This document shows positions 49,857-59,021 of a DNA stretch of 64,000 nucleotides, piece after piece (within the stretch, counting starts at the first letter, position 1; each line of letters opens with the position of its first letter). A program made the translations under genes and the position numbers. Source of the DNA: Nanobdellota archaeon (GTDB taxonomy: Archaea; Nanobdellota; Nanobdellia; Pacearchaeales; GW2011-AR1); assembly GCA_038045705.1 (NCBI GenBank), contig JBBSXO010000002.1, positions 1 to 64,000 of the forward strand. Reading direction: 5' to 3'. Below the pieces are notes generated by a model. It worked only from the letters and a program-made list of their open reading frames with translations. It had not been told where the DNA came from and ran no database searches.

Positions 49857-51497
49857 CTATTGAGCATCATATGGATTAGCATGTGAAGGCATACCATGTG
49901 CTTTCTTATAAGTATCAAATATAGTAAAACAAGATTCTCTTGCACTTAATGCAGTTTGAGAACGCACAACCTTTTCATATTCATTATCAGGATCTACACC
50001 TTTAGTTAAATCTGCTTTTTCTTTGTCTTTTTTCTTAATTCTAAAAGCAGAAAAGAAAGCTTTCAGACCAAAATCATCTCCTGAACCTTTCTTTCTTTTT
50101 TCATCTTCTTCTTTCTTTTTCTTATCCTCTTCTTCTATTTCCGATTCTTCTTTTCCTTCGGTTAATGCCCTAATCTCTTTCTCAATCTGTTTCAAACTAT
50201 CATCAGTTACACCTTGAACAAGTTTCAAAACACTATTAAGATCGTCTTTCTCAAGCTCATCTTTTAAAACCTTAAGCTCTTGTTCATTTAGAGCATAACT
50301 AGTAAATTTAACTTCAGTCTTTCCACCAAAAGACCAATCTCCTCTTTGGGATATTCTTTGTGGTATACCTCTAAAACTTAATTCTAAAATTAGAACTTTA
50401 TTATACTTCCTATCAAACTTAATTTTTTTAAATAAATCTGGAAGCAATCCAGCATCAACATCATCTTTAATATCGTAAGGTGAATTTGCAATTAACTGCA
50501 ATTCTAAAATCATTGTGTTAAAAGCAGTAACAAGAGCAGGATTTTTACTTTCTATGTTTTGTGCAAGTTTTTGTGCAGCAATTAAGTAAGGTTTAACCCA
50601 CCTTGCATACATCTTAAGCATATTTACTTGAGATTTTAAGTAATTTCTTTCTATTTCATATCTCTGTTTAAGAGATGTATGAGACTCATCTATCCACATA
50701 AAGAATTCCTGAGCTCTCTGTTGTAAGATTCTTTTTACTCTCTCATTTAAATCAATACCTTCTCCTTTCGCATTCTGTAATTTATCATTTACTACAGACA
50801 TAAAAGCATCACGAAGTGTCACAAAGTCTAATTCCCCTGAAGATAAAGCGTTAATACTTCCTCTGCCCTTACGAATATCTACATTATCCAGCCAAATCTG
50901 TTTTAAGGAAAGCAACTGTTTATTTTTATCATCTTTGCTAGATTTTTCATCCATATAAACCTTGTAAGGTTTCAACCTTAACCTAAACTCTTTCAGATCA
51001 TAGACTAAATTAAGAACAGATTTCAAAACGGTATTTACATTTCCCATTGTTCGTGAAGCTTCCTGTTGCATTTGAGTAGCCTTTCCCTGTAGTTCTGAGA
51101 AATGTCCAGATCCTGGAGAAGAGATAAAATTATCAGTTATCTTGTTTATTTCTCCACCTGCATATATGGCCTTAAGAAAATCTAGTAACCAAAAATAAAT
51201 TGGTTCTAAACCTTCTGCAGGAGAATCATAAGTAAGGCTATGTTCTTCTTTTGGAGATTTCAGACCCCATAAATTTAAAGCATCAGCTTTAGCATCATCA
51301 TAATTATAAGCAGGAAGGCTACTAGATTTAATTGGTTTAACTTCCTTCATTACTTTATCAGAAGAATAACCTTCTCGCTTAACAAGTTCCCTTACAATCT
51401 TAACTAAATCTATAGTCTTTCCATTCTCTCCTTCTTTAGTTTTCTCACAATAAATCTCGGGACTAATAGCTGCAATTAACTTATGAATATCAACCAT
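49857..51497 (-). CDS. Hypothetical protein (546 aa)
   Basis: Long ORF with conserved-looking cores (EPIYFW, FISSPGSGHF); no family recognised. Confidence 0.75.
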   Translation of the reverse strand: MVDIHKLIAAISPEIYCEKTKEGENGKTIDLVKIVRELVKREGYSSDKVMKEVKPIKSSSLPAYNYDDAKADALNLWGLKSPKEEHSLTYDSPAEGLEPIYFWLLDFLKAIYAGGEINKITDNFISSPGSGHFSELQGKATQMQQEASRTMGNVNTVLKSVLNLVYDLKEFRLRLKPYKVYMDEKSSKDDKNKQLLSLKQIWLDNVDIRKGRGSINALSSGELDFVTLRDAFMSVVNDKLQNAKGEGIDLNERVKRILQQRAQEFFMWIDESHTSLKQRYEIERNYLKSQVNMLKMYARWVKPYLIAAQKLAQNIESKNPALVTAFNTMILELQLIANSPYDIKDDVDAGLLPDLFKKIKFDRKYNKVLILELSFRGIPQRISQRGDWSFGGKTEVKFTSYALNEQELKVLKDELEKDDLNSVLKLVQGVTDDSLKQIEKEIRALTEGKEESEIEEEDKKKKEEDEKRKKGSGDDFGLKAFFSAFRIKKKDKEKADLTKGVDPDNEYEKVVRSQTALSARESCFTIFDTYKKAHGMPSHANPYDAQ

Positions 51498-51576
51498 CTT
51501 CTTTTAATTACAAATAGAATCTATTTATTTAAAGGTGTTGGAGTATATTTATATAAGATAAAACGCTAAAAAGAAG

Positions 51577-51963
51577 ATGTTCAAAAAAAGAGAAAGTATA
51601 GAGATTTTAGATATTCCAGAATTGCATAGAAAAAAATTAATCAAATTACCAGAAGTACAAAAAGAAGAGTCTACAAAAATAACAAATGACGGTTTTTTTG
51701 ATCTTTCACAAATTACTCCTCAAAACAACAATATTTCTGAAGTAACTCAAAAAAATGAAGAAATAAAAACTCAAGAAACTAACCAGTTAACAAACTTCTT
51801 GACAGATTTTGCTTCAATAGGAACATCAAACCCAACACAAAATGTCCAAAAAGAAACAAAAACAGAAGACAGCTCTGAAGTAAAAGACTTAAAATGGAGA
51901 ATAGAAAATCTAGAGTTTAAATTAGAGCAATTAATAGAAAAAGTAAACTCAATAAATGAATAA
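51577..51963 (+). CDS. Hypothetical protein with C-terminal coiled coil
   Basis: 128-aa ORF. Confidence 0.6.
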   Translation: MFKKRESIEILDIPELHRKKLIKLPEVQKEESTKITNDGFFDLSQITPQNNNISEVTQKNEEIKTQETNQLTNFLTDFASIGTSNPTQNVQKETKTEDSSEVKDLKWRIENLEFKLEQLIEKVNSINE

Positions 51964-52020
51964 TTACACCTCCGGAGTAATGTTTAAATAATGCTTTATC
52001 ATTAAAACGTCGAGAGGAAG

Positions 52021-52860
52021 ATGAATAAAGAAAAAATACCTAGCAAGCCTGTTAAAAAGAATTATTCTAAATTCAGAACAGACAAAGATATTGCAATGGA
52101 CTTTGCGACAAAAGTTCAAAGAAAATTTGACCATTTAATTAAAGCAACAGTTCTATTTGGTTCACAAGTTTCAGGAGAAATAAAACCAGGTTCTGATATA
52201 GATATTGTAATAATTTTAGATGATGCATCAATAAATTGGGACATGGAATTAACTGCATGGTACAGAGAAGAGCTGTCAAAATTAATTACAGAACAAAACT
52301 ATTCTAGAGACTTACATGTAAACACAATTAGATTGACGACATGGTGGCGCGATTTATTGCACGGAGACCCAGTAGTACTAAACATAGTGAGGCAAGGTCA
52401 AGTCCTAATTGATATAGGAGGATTCTTCAATCCAATAAAATCATTAATGATTCAAGGTAAGATACACTCAACTCCTGAAGCAGTTTATGCCGCGTTACAA
52501 AGATCTCCTTATCATTTAACGAGAAGCAAAATGTCTATGCTAAACGCAGTAGAAGGAGTTTATTGGTGCATGGTAGAAGCAGCCCAAGCAGCTTTAATCA
52601 CTTTGGGAAAATTACCTCCTTCACCAGAACATATAACTAAAATGTTACATGAAAATTTTGTTGAAACAGGAGTCTTAAAGTCAGAATTTGTAAAATGGTA
52701 CCATAACATACACATTTTACACAAACAAATAGCTCACGGCGAAATAAAAATGGTAAAAGCACAAGAAATAGAGACATCCCAAATAAGAGCAGAAGAATTT
52801 ATGAAAAAAATGGTTGAAATTATAGACAAATTAATAGAAGCTCGTAAAGATCAAAAATAA
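52021..52860 (+). CDS. Pol-beta-family nucleotidyltransferase plus HEPN-like domain
   Basis: LFGSQ...SDIDIVIILDD; AAQAAL...HKQIAHG. Confidence 0.8.
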   Translation: MNKEKIPSKPVKKNYSKFRTDKDIAMDFATKVQRKFDHLIKATVLFGSQVSGEIKPGSDIDIVIILDDASINWDMELTAWYREELSKLITEQNYSRDLHVNTIRLTTWWRDLLHGDPVVLNIVRQGQVLIDIGGFFNPIKSLMIQGKIHSTPEAVYAALQRSPYHLTRSKMSMLNAVEGVYWCMVEAAQAALITLGKLPPSPEHITKMLHENFVETGVLKSEFVKWYHNIHILHKQIAHGEIKMVKAQEIETSQIRAEEFMKKMVEIIDKLIEARKDQK

Positions 52861-52874
52861 AGATTGATAAAAAA

Positions 52875-53609
52875 TTAAGCTGCTTTCTTCTTAGCGCGTT
52901 CTTTCTCTTTTTCAACACTATATTGAGCAACAGCTATTCCAAGACCATAAGCTTCAGCAGGTCTATCTTTATCTTTTGTAGCATCATATCCTGCCATAGC
53001 ATATCCTCTTAAAAGATCATCTTCTAAAGCATCGAAAGCCCTTATTTTATTAATAGCATCAGTTTGCACAGCACTCTTAGCAATGTTAAGATTATTTCTT
53101 AATACCCATGCAATAGAACCCTTTAGAGAGTTAGATTTGGCTCCATTGATAAGATCTTCATTATATTTATTAGCAACTTCATTCAAAGCATTTTCATCAG
53201 TAAGTATTTGTTGTGCATTGTAAGCATCTTTATGTGCTTTAATTACATCAGTAAGACCAAATGGTAACGAGAAAGGTTTCTTACTCATTAAATATTGTCT
53301 TAAAGTTTTACCTCCAATACCATCAATAGCTTCACGTACATCAGATTGCACTTCAGTCACAACTCCACTAAAGACTTCTCCCAAATAAGCTTCAAGCCTT
53401 TCTCCTTGTCTAGCGGAAGTCATGTCTGCAGAATAAGCCTGTAAATGTTCCCATCTTTCAACATCCTTAGGATTTTTTGATTTATCAAGACCTTGCATCT
53501 TAGCAATTTCTAAAGCAGCATTTAAACCCCTAACCTTAGTAAATTTATCTCTGAAAGCCTCAGCTACCATTGCACCATTACCTGCTTTTATGATTGTTTC
53601 CAATGTCAT
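52875..53609 (-). CDS. Hypothetical alpha-helical protein
   Basis: 244-aa Ala-rich ORF. Confidence 0.65.
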   Translation of the reverse strand: MTLETIIKAGNGAMVAEAFRDKFTKVRGLNAALEIAKMQGLDKSKNPKDVERWEHLQAYSADMTSARQGERLEAYLGEVFSGVVTEVQSDVREAIDGIGGKTLRQYLMSKKPFSLPFGLTDVIKAHKDAYNAQQILTDENALNEVANKYNEDLINGAKSNSLKGSIAWVLRNNLNIAKSAVQTDAINKIRAFDALEDDLLRGYAMAGYDATKDKDRPAEAYGLGIAVAQYSVEKEKERAKKKAA

Positions 53610-53671
53610 AAAAACAATATAAGTTCGTACTATTTAAATCTTTCTATTTTGTTCACACTATATAGTAACAA

Positions 53672-56428
53672 CTATTCAGCAGACTCAATTTGACCCTGAG
53701 GCTCAAGCATCTTTCTAACAGCAGGATTATTCTCAACTTCACCAAACACAATAGCATCAAATAATATATCCTGCTGTACTTCATAAGGTATCTCTGAAAC
53801 TTCCATTTTTTCACTAGATAACTCAATAATCTCTTCTTCAACTTTTTTAGAAGCAAAATCCTCCGAACTCAAAGACATAGAGTCATTCAACGCTGGTATC
53901 TCACTAGAAGCCCCCTTTCCAGGATTATAATCTCCCTCTTCAACACCCCAACTTTCTATATGTTTCATAACATCATTATGAGCTATGGCAGGTTCAACAT
54001 GCTCAGAAGCTTGAAGCATAGGCCTTATAGTCTGCAAACCAATCCCTTGAGAAGGCGCATGGTGAACTGGAGTATCAATTCCATGAGAGATTCTCTTTAT
54101 CTTTACAGTTCTTTCTACATCATTAAACTTCTCATGAACTTTAGTCTTAGTATTTTCGATCTCATTAATCAAAAGAGAAACAGCATGTGCGGCATCAGCA
54201 TTTACTGAAATACTGTCTATCCCCTCTGAAATTAAAAACTTGACCATCTCAGGCTTACTTCCAGCCTGTCCACAAATAGATGTTTCAACACCATATTTCT
54301 TACAACGTCTTATAACATAAGAAATAGAATTAAGTATAGCAGGATTAAGCTCATTATACAAATTCTGAACATCTTCATTATTTCTATCTAGCGCTAAGGT
54401 ATACTGAGTTAAGTCATTAGTTCCAAAGCTAACAAAGTTAATCCCTTCTTCACAAAGGTCATTTATTATTTGAACAGCAGCTGGTGTTTCAACCATGATT
54501 CCTAGTTTAACATTACTCGGAAATTTAACTTTAGAAGCAATTCTTTTGGCAGACTTCACTTCATCAACAGAGATTATCTGAGGAAACATCACACCAAATA
54601 TTTTTTTACTATATTCGTCAGCAAGCTCTTTAATAGCCATGAATTCAGCTTCAAGTAAATCTTCATTCTTTAAACTAAATCTTATTCCGTGATCTCCTAA
54701 CATCGGATTCATCTCTATAGTTTCAGGAGCACCTTCCAAATTTCTATATTCATCACTTCTAATATCTGAAGTTCTAATCCACATTTCATCAAAATGTTTT
54801 GCTATTTTCTTAAGACCAGAGTGTATAGTTGAAACATACTCATTCAGTTTATTCTTTTTGACAAACCAAACTGGATGTTTACCAGAAGTAGCAATTAAAG
54901 TCTCCAATCTAATCAAACCTACACCAGTAACACCAGATAAAGCAGCACGTTCTGCATAATCTGGCAAATCAACTATTGTTTTTATCTTTGTCTTTTTAGT
55001 TGGAACTATCTGTTTAATTTCCACCTTTTTTTCAAAAGTCTTTCCGTCAAATATACGACCAGTAAATCCATCAACAGTAACTAATTGTCCATCCTTAAGT
55101 CTTTCAGTAGAATTGCGAGTTCCAACAACCGCAGGAATTCCCATCTCACGAGAAATAATAGCTGCATGTGATGTTGCTCCACCTTCATCCGTAATTATTG
55201 CTGAAGCCCTTGCCATTGCAACAACCATATCAGGATTAGTCATCTTAGTTACGAGAATAGACCCTTTACTAACTTTAGAAAGCTCATCAAGAGAATGAAC
55301 TATTTTAACTATTCCAGATGCAACTCCAGGAGAAGCAGCTAAACCAGAAAGTAAAACATTACCTTCTATTTCTTGATTACTTTCATGAACTTTGGTAGTA
55401 ATGGGTCTTGATTGCACAATATAGACGCCATCTCTATCTATAGCAAACTCAATATCTTGAGGTTTACCATAATGCTCTTCAAGTTTCAGACCATATTGAC
55501 CTAGAATCTTAAGCTCATGACCTGTCAAAACTTCCCTATTACTTATTTCATGACTTAATTTTACTTCTTCGGTTTTTCCTGAAGAGCTTCTTGTTAAAGC
55601 TATTTTTTTATCTGATATTTTATGATCTACCAAATCAAGCTTGGAATTCATCACATAATGATCTGGAGAAATCATCCCAGAGACTATCCCCTCTCCTAAA
55701 CCAAAAACAGCTTCAATAACAATATTTCCATCGTTCTTCAAAGGATTTTTAGAAAACATAACACCAGATTTTTGCGAATCAATCATTCTTTGAACTACAA
55801 CAGCTAAATATCCTTTTTCAGTTGCAAACCCTTTCTTTTTACGATAATAAATTGCTCTAGCAGTAAACAAAGAGGCAAAACATTTTTTTACAGACTCAAT
55901 TAAAGAATCAGCCCCTTTAACATTTAAGAAAGTCTCTTGTTGCCCTGCAAAACTAGCATCTGCTAAATCTTCCATCGTAGCACTAGAACGAACTGCAACA
56001 AATGGAGGTTCATGAGAGTTCTTCAATATTGATAGGGCTCCATCAGTCATCCCTTTATGTTTGATTCTTTCCCTCTCAACATCTAAAACTTGATATGCTT
56101 CAGCAATATCATTTCTCATTTCATGAGACATAGGAGCATCGACTATCAATCCTCTAATCTTTTTAGCAGTAGACTCAAGTTGTTTTGTATCATCAACATC
56201 AATTGAATTTACAAGATTAATTATCTGATTTCTAAGTCCAGATTTTTCGATAAAATAATCATAAGCCTGTGCAGTTACAATAAATCCAGGAGGCACAGGA
56301 AATTTATTGTTATACATCTCCGCTAAACTTGCACCTTTACCACCAGCAATGGAAATATCCTTATTACTCAATTCGGAAAACCATTTAACAAATCCTTTAT
56401 TAGCATCACCCATAAAGAAAGAAAACAC
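53672..56428 (-). CDS. ppsA: Phosphoenolpyruvate synthase with C-terminal extension
   Basis: GGKGASL, AVRSSA, GGATSHAAI, SFGTNDLTQY, ICGQ. Confidence 0.95.
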   Translation of the reverse strand: MFSFFMGDANKGFVKWFSELSNKDISIAGGKGASLAEMYNNKFPVPPGFIVTAQAYDYFIEKSGLRNQIINLVNSIDVDDTKQLESTAKKIRGLIVDAPMSHEMRNDIAEAYQVLDVERERIKHKGMTDGALSILKNSHEPPFVAVRSSATMEDLADASFAGQQETFLNVKGADSLIESVKKCFASLFTARAIYYRKKKGFATEKGYLAVVVQRMIDSQKSGVMFSKNPLKNDGNIVIEAVFGLGEGIVSGMISPDHYVMNSKLDLVDHKISDKKIALTRSSSGKTEEVKLSHEISNREVLTGHELKILGQYGLKLEEHYGKPQDIEFAIDRDGVYIVQSRPITTKVHESNQEIEGNVLLSGLAASPGVASGIVKIVHSLDELSKVSKGSILVTKMTNPDMVVAMARASAIITDEGGATSHAAIISREMGIPAVVGTRNSTERLKDGQLVTVDGFTGRIFDGKTFEKKVEIKQIVPTKKTKIKTIVDLPDYAERAALSGVTGVGLIRLETLIATSGKHPVWFVKKNKLNEYVSTIHSGLKKIAKHFDEMWIRTSDIRSDEYRNLEGAPETIEMNPMLGDHGIRFSLKNEDLLEAEFMAIKELADEYSKKIFGVMFPQIISVDEVKSAKRIASKVKFPSNVKLGIMVETPAAVQIINDLCEEGINFVSFGTNDLTQYTLALDRNNEDVQNLYNELNPAILNSISYVIRRCKKYGVETSICGQAGSKPEMVKFLISEGIDSISVNADAAHAVSLLINEIENTKTKVHEKFNDVERTVKIKRISHGIDTPVHHAPSQGIGLQTIRPMLQASEHVEPAIAHNDVMKHIESWGVEEGDYNPGKGASSEIPALNDSMSLSSEDFASKKVEEEIIELSSEKMEVSEIPYEVQQDILFDAIVFGEVENNPAVRKMLEPQGQIESAE

Positions 56429-56505
56429 AATCAGTTAATAAATATTACTTCAATTCAAGCTGATCTTTTATTATGATGTCATAATCTTCAACAACATTAA
56501 ATAGG

Positions 56506-57588
56506 TTATGTTTTCTCTGTAGAAAGCTTAGTTTTAACGAATTCAATAATATTTTTCTTAAATCTATCCAAATCTTTCTTCATAAAACTACCACCAGATG
56601 CATTAGGATGTCCAGCACCCATTGCATTTTCAAGTCCTTTAACTCCATATCCAAGCATTTCATTCATAAAGTAGATAAGTTTATCAGCATTATTACGAAC
56701 AGAGACTTTTAGCCTATCAGTTCCATTAATTTCAGAAAAAGTAATTATTGTAGAACCCCTATGTCTGACAGAGAGTATTGTAGACATTTTTGAACCCATA
56801 GAAAATCGAGATTTAAATAAATAAAAATACAAATGATTATCAAAATGTCTTTCAGCATTTTTCTCAAAATCTTGTAAACACCTCTCCATTTCAGAAGAAA
56901 CTTCAGAATGAATATTGTCAATAACCTCAAAATCTTTCTTTAGTAAAATATCGTAAGCTTTTAAAGAATCTTTTGAATAATAAATCACTAAAGAACTTGT
57001 CTTATTTACAACATTAAATATTTCTGAATTCTCAACATTCTTTGCATCAAAATCAGGGTAATGTTTCTGTATAAATTTCAAGTTCTCATCACCCTTATAA
57101 GAAAACTCTGAAATAGCAGTAACACAAGCTAACCAAGTCCATTTACTATAATCTATTATTCCTTCGCCAAATCTATAAATAACTAGCCCAGTACAATCAT
57201 GACCATCTGTTTTAATCACATTCTCATCCATTATTAATTTAAGATTAACAGGGTGATGATCTATAAAACAAACATTAAAATTTTTTCTAAATTTTTCAAA
57301 TTCATCTATCATCTCCATATCAACATTCAAATCAAGAACAAAAACCCTCTTTATTTCAATTTTGTTAAATCTTTCAGCAAGTTTGTCAAGAGCCCCAGTG
57401 GTATAAGAGATAAAATTAATATCTGCTTTAATTATGGGATACTTCTTTTTCAATATCTCAACCATAAAAATAGCAGAAGTCATACCATCAAGACAATTAG
57501 CATGTGAAACTATTCCAACCATTTCTTCATCTTTCAAGCTATCTAAGAAATTAAAGAAATTTCTTTTATGTTTTTCAAAATCCTGCAT
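56506..57588 (-). CDS. DHH/DHHA1 phosphoesterase
   Basis: CLDG, LDL, IDHHP, GAGHPNASGG. Confidence 0.85.
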   Translation of the reverse strand: MQDFEKHKRNFFNFLDSLKDEEMVGIVSHANCLDGMTSAIFMVEILKKKYPIIKADINFISYTTGALDKLAERFNKIEIKRVFVLDLNVDMEMIDEFEKFRKNFNVCFIDHHPVNLKLIMDENVIKTDGHDCTGLVIYRFGEGIIDYSKWTWLACVTAISEFSYKGDENLKFIQKHYPDFDAKNVENSEIFNVVNKTSSLVIYYSKDSLKAYDILLKKDFEVIDNIHSEVSSEMERCLQDFEKNAERHFDNHLYFYLFKSRFSMGSKMSTILSVRHRGSTIITFSEINGTDRLKVSVRNNADKLIYFMNEMLGYGVKGLENAMGAGHPNASGGSFMKKDLDRFKKNIIEFVKTKLSTEKT

Positions 57589-57653
57589 TAATCAAAACAA
57601 TAAAAGCTATATAAAATCCTTTCTAAAATGAAACACCTTTGAGTTCCTCATAA

Positions 57654-58223
57654 TTATTGAGAAACAGGAGTAGGAGAATGAGCCTTATCTTCAACTTTAT
57701 CAAACAAAACACGAGTTCTACAAGGCAACTTTGCCTTAGCCATAGAAATTATTTCTCGAGCTACCTTAACGGTAGATTCAGAATCACAAGCAACCATAAA
57801 TAATTCCTGACCTCCCAAAACACGAGCAGCTCTGCCCTCAATAATACCAAATGACTGTTTCATACCAGTAGATAAACGGTCTGCTCCAGCCCCAGCAGCT
57901 GCTTTATTATTTCTCAAAATGTGATGTGGGTGTATCTTAACCCAAAGATAAAATTTACCAGCTAATCTTGTCTCAAGATTCTTAGTCAAAACCATTCTTC
58001 CAGCTTCAATTGCTAAATCTTTAATAACAATCATCTCATCTGAAATAAGTCTTAAAATAAAAGGTAACTTTCCTTCAACAAAAGCCTTCTGATTCCCAAT
58101 ATTATATTTAACAACTTTATTTGGAGGAACAACTTTAATGTAAGACTTTGATTTTGCTTTAGAAACACGAGTATAAGGTCTATTGTGTTTTTTAGAATAT
58201 GAAAGGGATTTACGAACAGCCAT
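57654..58223 (-). CDS. rpl10e: 50S ribosomal protein L16/L10e (uL16)
   Basis: AIEAGR, HPHHILRNNK...GADRLSTGMKQSFG, AKLPC. Confidence 0.95.
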   Translation of the reverse strand: MAVRKSLSYSKKHNRPYTRVSKAKSKSYIKVVPPNKVVKYNIGNQKAFVEGKLPFILRLISDEMIVIKDLAIEAGRMVLTKNLETRLAGKFYLWVKIHPHHILRNNKAAAGAGADRLSTGMKQSFGIIEGRAARVLGGQELFMVACDSESTVKVAREIISMAKAKLPCRTRVLFDKVEDKAHSPTPVSQ

Positions 58224-58306
58224 GTTAAATTTTATCCTCGAAAATGAAATTCAATTCACTGTTATATTGTGAGTGAAGGCGAGCAGTGTGAGTTAAATAA
58301 ATCATT

Positions 58307-58561
58307 TTATTTTACTTCCACATCTGTTGTTACAGCTTGTCCAGGCAATCCAGTTTCAAAAATAGCTCTAACAAGACCTTTATTTCCATGAGCATCACTT
58401 ATCTTTCCATGAATTGCTTTTCCAGCTGTACTCTTCCAAATAACCTGTTTTCCAACAAGTTTTTTAGCATCATCACGAGAATTAAACCCTAAGTCTAGTA
58501 AGTAGTGTCTTTCATGAATCCTGTGTCTGCTTCTTCTAAACTGCACTATAATTCCTTTCAT
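58307..58561 (-). CDS. rpl35ae: 50S ribosomal protein L35Ae (eL33)
   Basis: GKI..AHGNKGLVRAIFETGLPGQA. Confidence 0.95.
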   Translation of the reverse strand: MKGIIVQFRRSRHRIHERHYLLDLGFNSRDDAKKLVGKQVIWKSTAGKAIHGKISDAHGNKGLVRAIFETGLPGQAVTTDVEVK

Positions 58562-58608
58562 CTTTTTACGATAGAAAATAGGGTTTTTAAAGCTTGCTTG
58601 TAAGAGCC

Positions 58609-58923
58609 CTAACGTTGATATTTTCTTTTATCAAATACATTGGATGCAATTTCTTCTCCAAGAAAAGACCCAATATAAGGTAATGTAGGTACTCGATCTT
58701 TCCACATAGCATATGAAACACCAGTAAAACCAGCAATAGAAATCCCCCAAGAAACAGGATCTTCAAAAAAAGGACTATCTATAAAACCATTAATTGCTAA
58801 ATATGAAAGACTCTTTATTAAAAAGATAGGGACAAAAAAACCCAAAACACACCCAATAGTTCTTCCAGCCACTGAAATAACCTTATCTTCAAGCTTAGAT
58901 TCGATACCCATACAAAAAAACAA
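58609..58923 (-). CDS. Hypothetical membrane protein
   Basis: 2-3 hydrophobic segments. Confidence 0.55.
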   Translation of the reverse strand: MFFCMGIESKLEDKVISVAGRTIGCVLGFFVPIFLIKSLSYLAINGFIDSPFFEDPVSWGISIAGFTGVSYAMWKDRVPTLPYIGSFLGEEIASNVFDKRKYQR

Positions 58924-59021
58924 GATACATTATTTTTAAAGCTTTAGATCAAATTTTTAAAAAGACATATTACTATAAAATAAGAGATTATAATCCTATG
59001 TTGTCGTGATTTTGCAACAAA

